A stretch of 64,000 nucleotides of DNA from Macrostomum lignano (Eukaryota), in contig NIVC01002467.1 in assembly GCA_002269645.1 (NCBI GenBank), forward strand, positions 107,454 through 171,453, written 5' to 3'. This document shows positions 38,090-64,000 of the stretch, in pieces; the first letter of the stretch is position 1, and each line of letters starts with the position of its first letter. The notes under the pieces were generated by a model. It saw only the letters and a program-made list of their open reading frames with translations. It was not told where the DNA came from and searched no databases. A program made the position numbers and the translations under genes.

Positions 38090-38620
38090 AACGGCGGACA
38101 GCACAGCGCGCGACGCGGCTCGGCTTCCCCAAGCTGACGATCTTCTGGACCTCCACAGCAACCGCTCGGCCATCGCTATGCGGGTAGCCTCGTACCTCAA
38201 CGAGGCCTACGAAAATGATCTGCACTGCACGACGCATCGCTCTGCCACACAAGGGAGGCCACTGAAACGCAATTACCGCCGGGCTTTGGGAGCAAAGCCC
38301 AAGTGACCCTGGCCCAGCTCCGCATCGGACACTGCCCCGTCTCTGCAAATATCGCCACCGCAACGGTCTGGAGCCATCCGCAACCTGCCCAGCATGCGGC
38401 AAAGCCGAGGAGGACCTCAAACACCTCATGATCCAGTGCCCGGCACACGCAGACATCCGGGCGGAGGTCCTAGGACCAAACCCGTCGCTGTCTGTCGTCG
38501 CTGACGACGGCCCTTGCGTGATCGATTATGTCCAGAGGATTGGGGCCCCCCGGACTAGCCCGGACCGGACTGGACAGGAGTGAGCTGAGTCACAAAAGGA
38601 GGAAAGAAGAAAAAGAAAAG
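38090..38620 (+). mobile_element. 5'-truncated, frameshifted non-LTR retrotransposon 3' end (I/R1-group-like ORF2 C-terminus)
   Basis: VTLAQLRIGHCP, then after a frameshift LCKYRHRNG..TCPACGKAEEDLKHLMIQCP (C-x2-C-x8-H-x4-C knuckle), stop near 38580, and an A-rich tail at 38594-38620. Confidence 0.8.
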
Positions 38621-39300
38621 GACCGCTAGCGACCGGACAACCCCCGGCCTTCCAGCCTATCGGCACGGTCAAATACCTAGGGGGCATTAGGGGGTACGTT
38701 AAGCGGTACTACGGCCTGCAGGCTGGCAAGCCAGACTCGCATACCCAAATTCGGCCGAAGCCACTGGATGGGTCACCAGCGCCGGAGCCCAGTCAGTCCA
38801 GCAGCCCTAGGGTCTGCCTTGAACACACGCGGGGATGAGTACCCCTGGGTCGACTTGCGAGTGGGGGGGGGTCTGCGACTGCCAGCGGCAAATAGAGGGT
38901 GCAGACCTCCCACCAGCCTTAACCTGCTGAAGATAGGGGCAGGCGTGAAGCATCACAGACCTTAGCCCATAGGCCTAGCCTGTCTCATACTTCACTGGCA
39001 TGCTGAATACGCCTTCGCATGCCCTAAGTGCCGTTTAAATGAGACGCAAAATATGACCGCCGCCATGCGCCTGTACTGTAGAAAATAAATTACAAGCAAT
39101 CAAGAAAGAGATTGCGGCCAATGACGACTGACTGCCGCAATTTGACTACCATGCACACGAATTGACTGCCGAACAGCCCTCAAACCTAACCTAACCCTCA
39201 AACCTAACCCCCCCAACCTAAATCCTATACTGAACCCTAAATTCCTCAACTCTACGAGCGTAAGCTACAATCCTAACCTACACCATATCCTAAACCAGCG

Positions 39301-39466
39301 GCCAGCGGCCCGGGCTCGATTCCAAGTGCAGTCACATTAATTTGGGGCTAAATTGGAATCACGGCTTGGCTCTGCTCGTGCAGTTAACGCCATTGAGGGC
39401 CAGCCCCCAAGGAACAGGGAAGTGTACATGCCTAACAATAAACAATGTTAGGGCCGCTGTACACTC
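39301..39466 (+). mobile_element. SINE copy, 5'-truncated; same family as 50261-50430
   Basis: Shares GGCTCGATTCC (B box), GTTAACGCCATTGAGGGCCA, GAAGTGTACATGCCTA and TTAGGGCCG..TACACTC with the second copy. Confidence 0.72.
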
Positions 39467-41207
39467 TTGTGTGAGTGTGTGCCTGTGCGTATGACTGCGT
39501 ACGTATCCGCGCGCCTGTGTGCCTGCTCAGGTGAGTCGGTGGTATGGGCAGCAATGCCTCACGACGGTTTTGTGACAATGTCGCTAAAAGTGCGCCAGCT
39601 AGGGTGGACACAGCCACCTGCACCTGTAAAAAAATATCCTAAAGCCTGATTTCTCAACCCTAAGTCTATATCTTCTTGTTGCATTTTTAAACAATTTCTG
39701 GTCAATGACACGTTGATCGGCTGGCAAATGTCGGCTGCGATAAATGGCGGGCTGGCAATTACAAACTGACCCCAACTTTGCTCCCAAGAAATGTACAGCT
39801 AAGCTGACCATAAATGCAGTGTTTAGCTATAACCGAATAACCAGCCCCAAATTGATTTCTACATGTACTTTTAATATTATTTATGGCTAATGAATCTCCC
39901 GTTAAAAACAATATGGACAAGGATACGAGCGTATGCTAAGTAGGAAAACGATGATACTATAGTTTAAAACTTTTATGTTAACTTTATATCTTTTGATATA
40001 GGACTTGAGTGAGTCTTGACAGAACCCATATATATTTTTAACTAGCTAACTGTTTATTGACTTGACTGAAGACGTTCATAGAAATGGGGAATTTTTAAAA
40101 AAGCTCTTTTAAAAAAATGATGGGTTTCGGCCTTTTCGGCTCCTTTGTGGAAGCCTTCGGGCCTCAGGTCTCAGAAATGAATCCATTAGAGTCCTGGCCC
40201 CCCACTCCTGTCAGATGGTCAGCCCCATGGTAGCTTGATCTTGTGGCGAGCAGTCTAGGTCCTATAGCTAGAGAGGGACAGCGAGAGACAAGCAGGGAGA
40301 ATTTTGAAGGTAGAGATTAGCCAATCCACAGATTAACTAACCCGCTGCCACCAGCCCGTTCTTTACAGTGTCAAACTTGAGCACAGAAACAAACAAAAGT
40401 TTTTTTTCATATTCGGCTTCACCACTTCCACCAATACAAACCTATTTTTTGGCTCATCTAATCTACTCGGATTTCTAGCTTCACTTTCATTGAGCAATTA
40501 CAGATCATCACTTGCTGGGCCAGCCTCCCAGATCCTCAGTTGCTGAGCCAGCCTCCCAGACCCTCAGTTTGCCTCCCAAACCGGACTTGCGTCCAAGTTT
40601 TGGGCGCAAAAATTGCGTGTAGGGGGCGAAAAATCAAGCTTAGGGGCGCAAACGTAGGTTTTTGGGGGGGGGGGGCGCAATATGTTCTGTCAAGCTATTT
40701 AGGACTACTAAAATAGTATACGTTGCTTTAGTTGTCCTTGCCCAAACCCTAACGTGGATGGTGGGCTTTTAGTAAAATAACATGAGCAGAATTAAACAGG
40801 AGGGGCTATACCAGTTTCCACAAAGTCGGGATTGTGTGTACATTTCGCTCCATGCAGTGTTCTATTCTATTTTTAGTTCCTTTCATACTCCAGGCTGTAC
40901 AAGCTTGATGTACATTATTTAAGTACAATTGTACACTAAGTAGCTAATGTAGACCAAACTTCCATTGCGTACGAAAATTCACAAAATTTCTTGGAAATTC
41001 CATGTGCGTTTAAAAGCGAAAACTTTATATTCATAAATATTGGCGCTTGCAATCTTACAAACATGCAAGCTTAGATCACATAATATATCTGTGCCAAAAT
41101 CCTTTTGGATTTTGTCACTTGCCTTTCTAACTGACAAGTCTTAGTTTTTATTGTGCCTATAATTTATTTCAAAGATCTGGCTATCACAGTAAGCTTACTA
41201 TTATAAA

Positions 41208-64000
<22,793 letters not shown>

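Noticed and set aside
39175-39295. Degenerate CCTAAC repeats suggesting an interstitial telomere
   Set aside because: Too short and irregular; more likely part of a dispersed repeat.

Overview
Eukaryotic (metazoan) genomic DNA, not prokaryotic. It has GT-AG spliced genes with GC-rich exons, and most introns are filled by their own minisatellite. That style suggests a flatworm such as Macrostomum (inference only). Four host genes were reconstructed by hand: COG4 (minus strand, 6 coding exons, 10066-3531), AKTIP/FTS (plus, 2 exons, 12550-14049), a vasopressin/CCAP/NPS-type neuropeptide GPCR (minus, 8 exons found, 27547-16287, first exon not fixed), and a RIG-I/MDA5-like helicase with CARD-like N-terminus (plus, from 41208, running off the window end). 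Intron 9 of the helicase holds a complete, young 10.1-kb Ty3/gypsy LTR retrotransposon (51801-61943). It has 899-bp LTRs, a CCAC target-site duplication, a tRNA-Lys PBS, a PPT, gag, a -1 frameshift site and PR-RT-RH-IN. The main discovery is an extra 344-aa ORF at the env position of this element, beginning with an intact Hsp40 J-domain (HPD motif). The element also has an array of covarying bulged hairpins in the LTR and a 30-bp coding minisatellite inside Gag-Pol. Two SINE copies, two LINE 3' fragments and about 30 tandem arrays fill the rest. Scattered single-base frameshifts look like long-read assembly errors.
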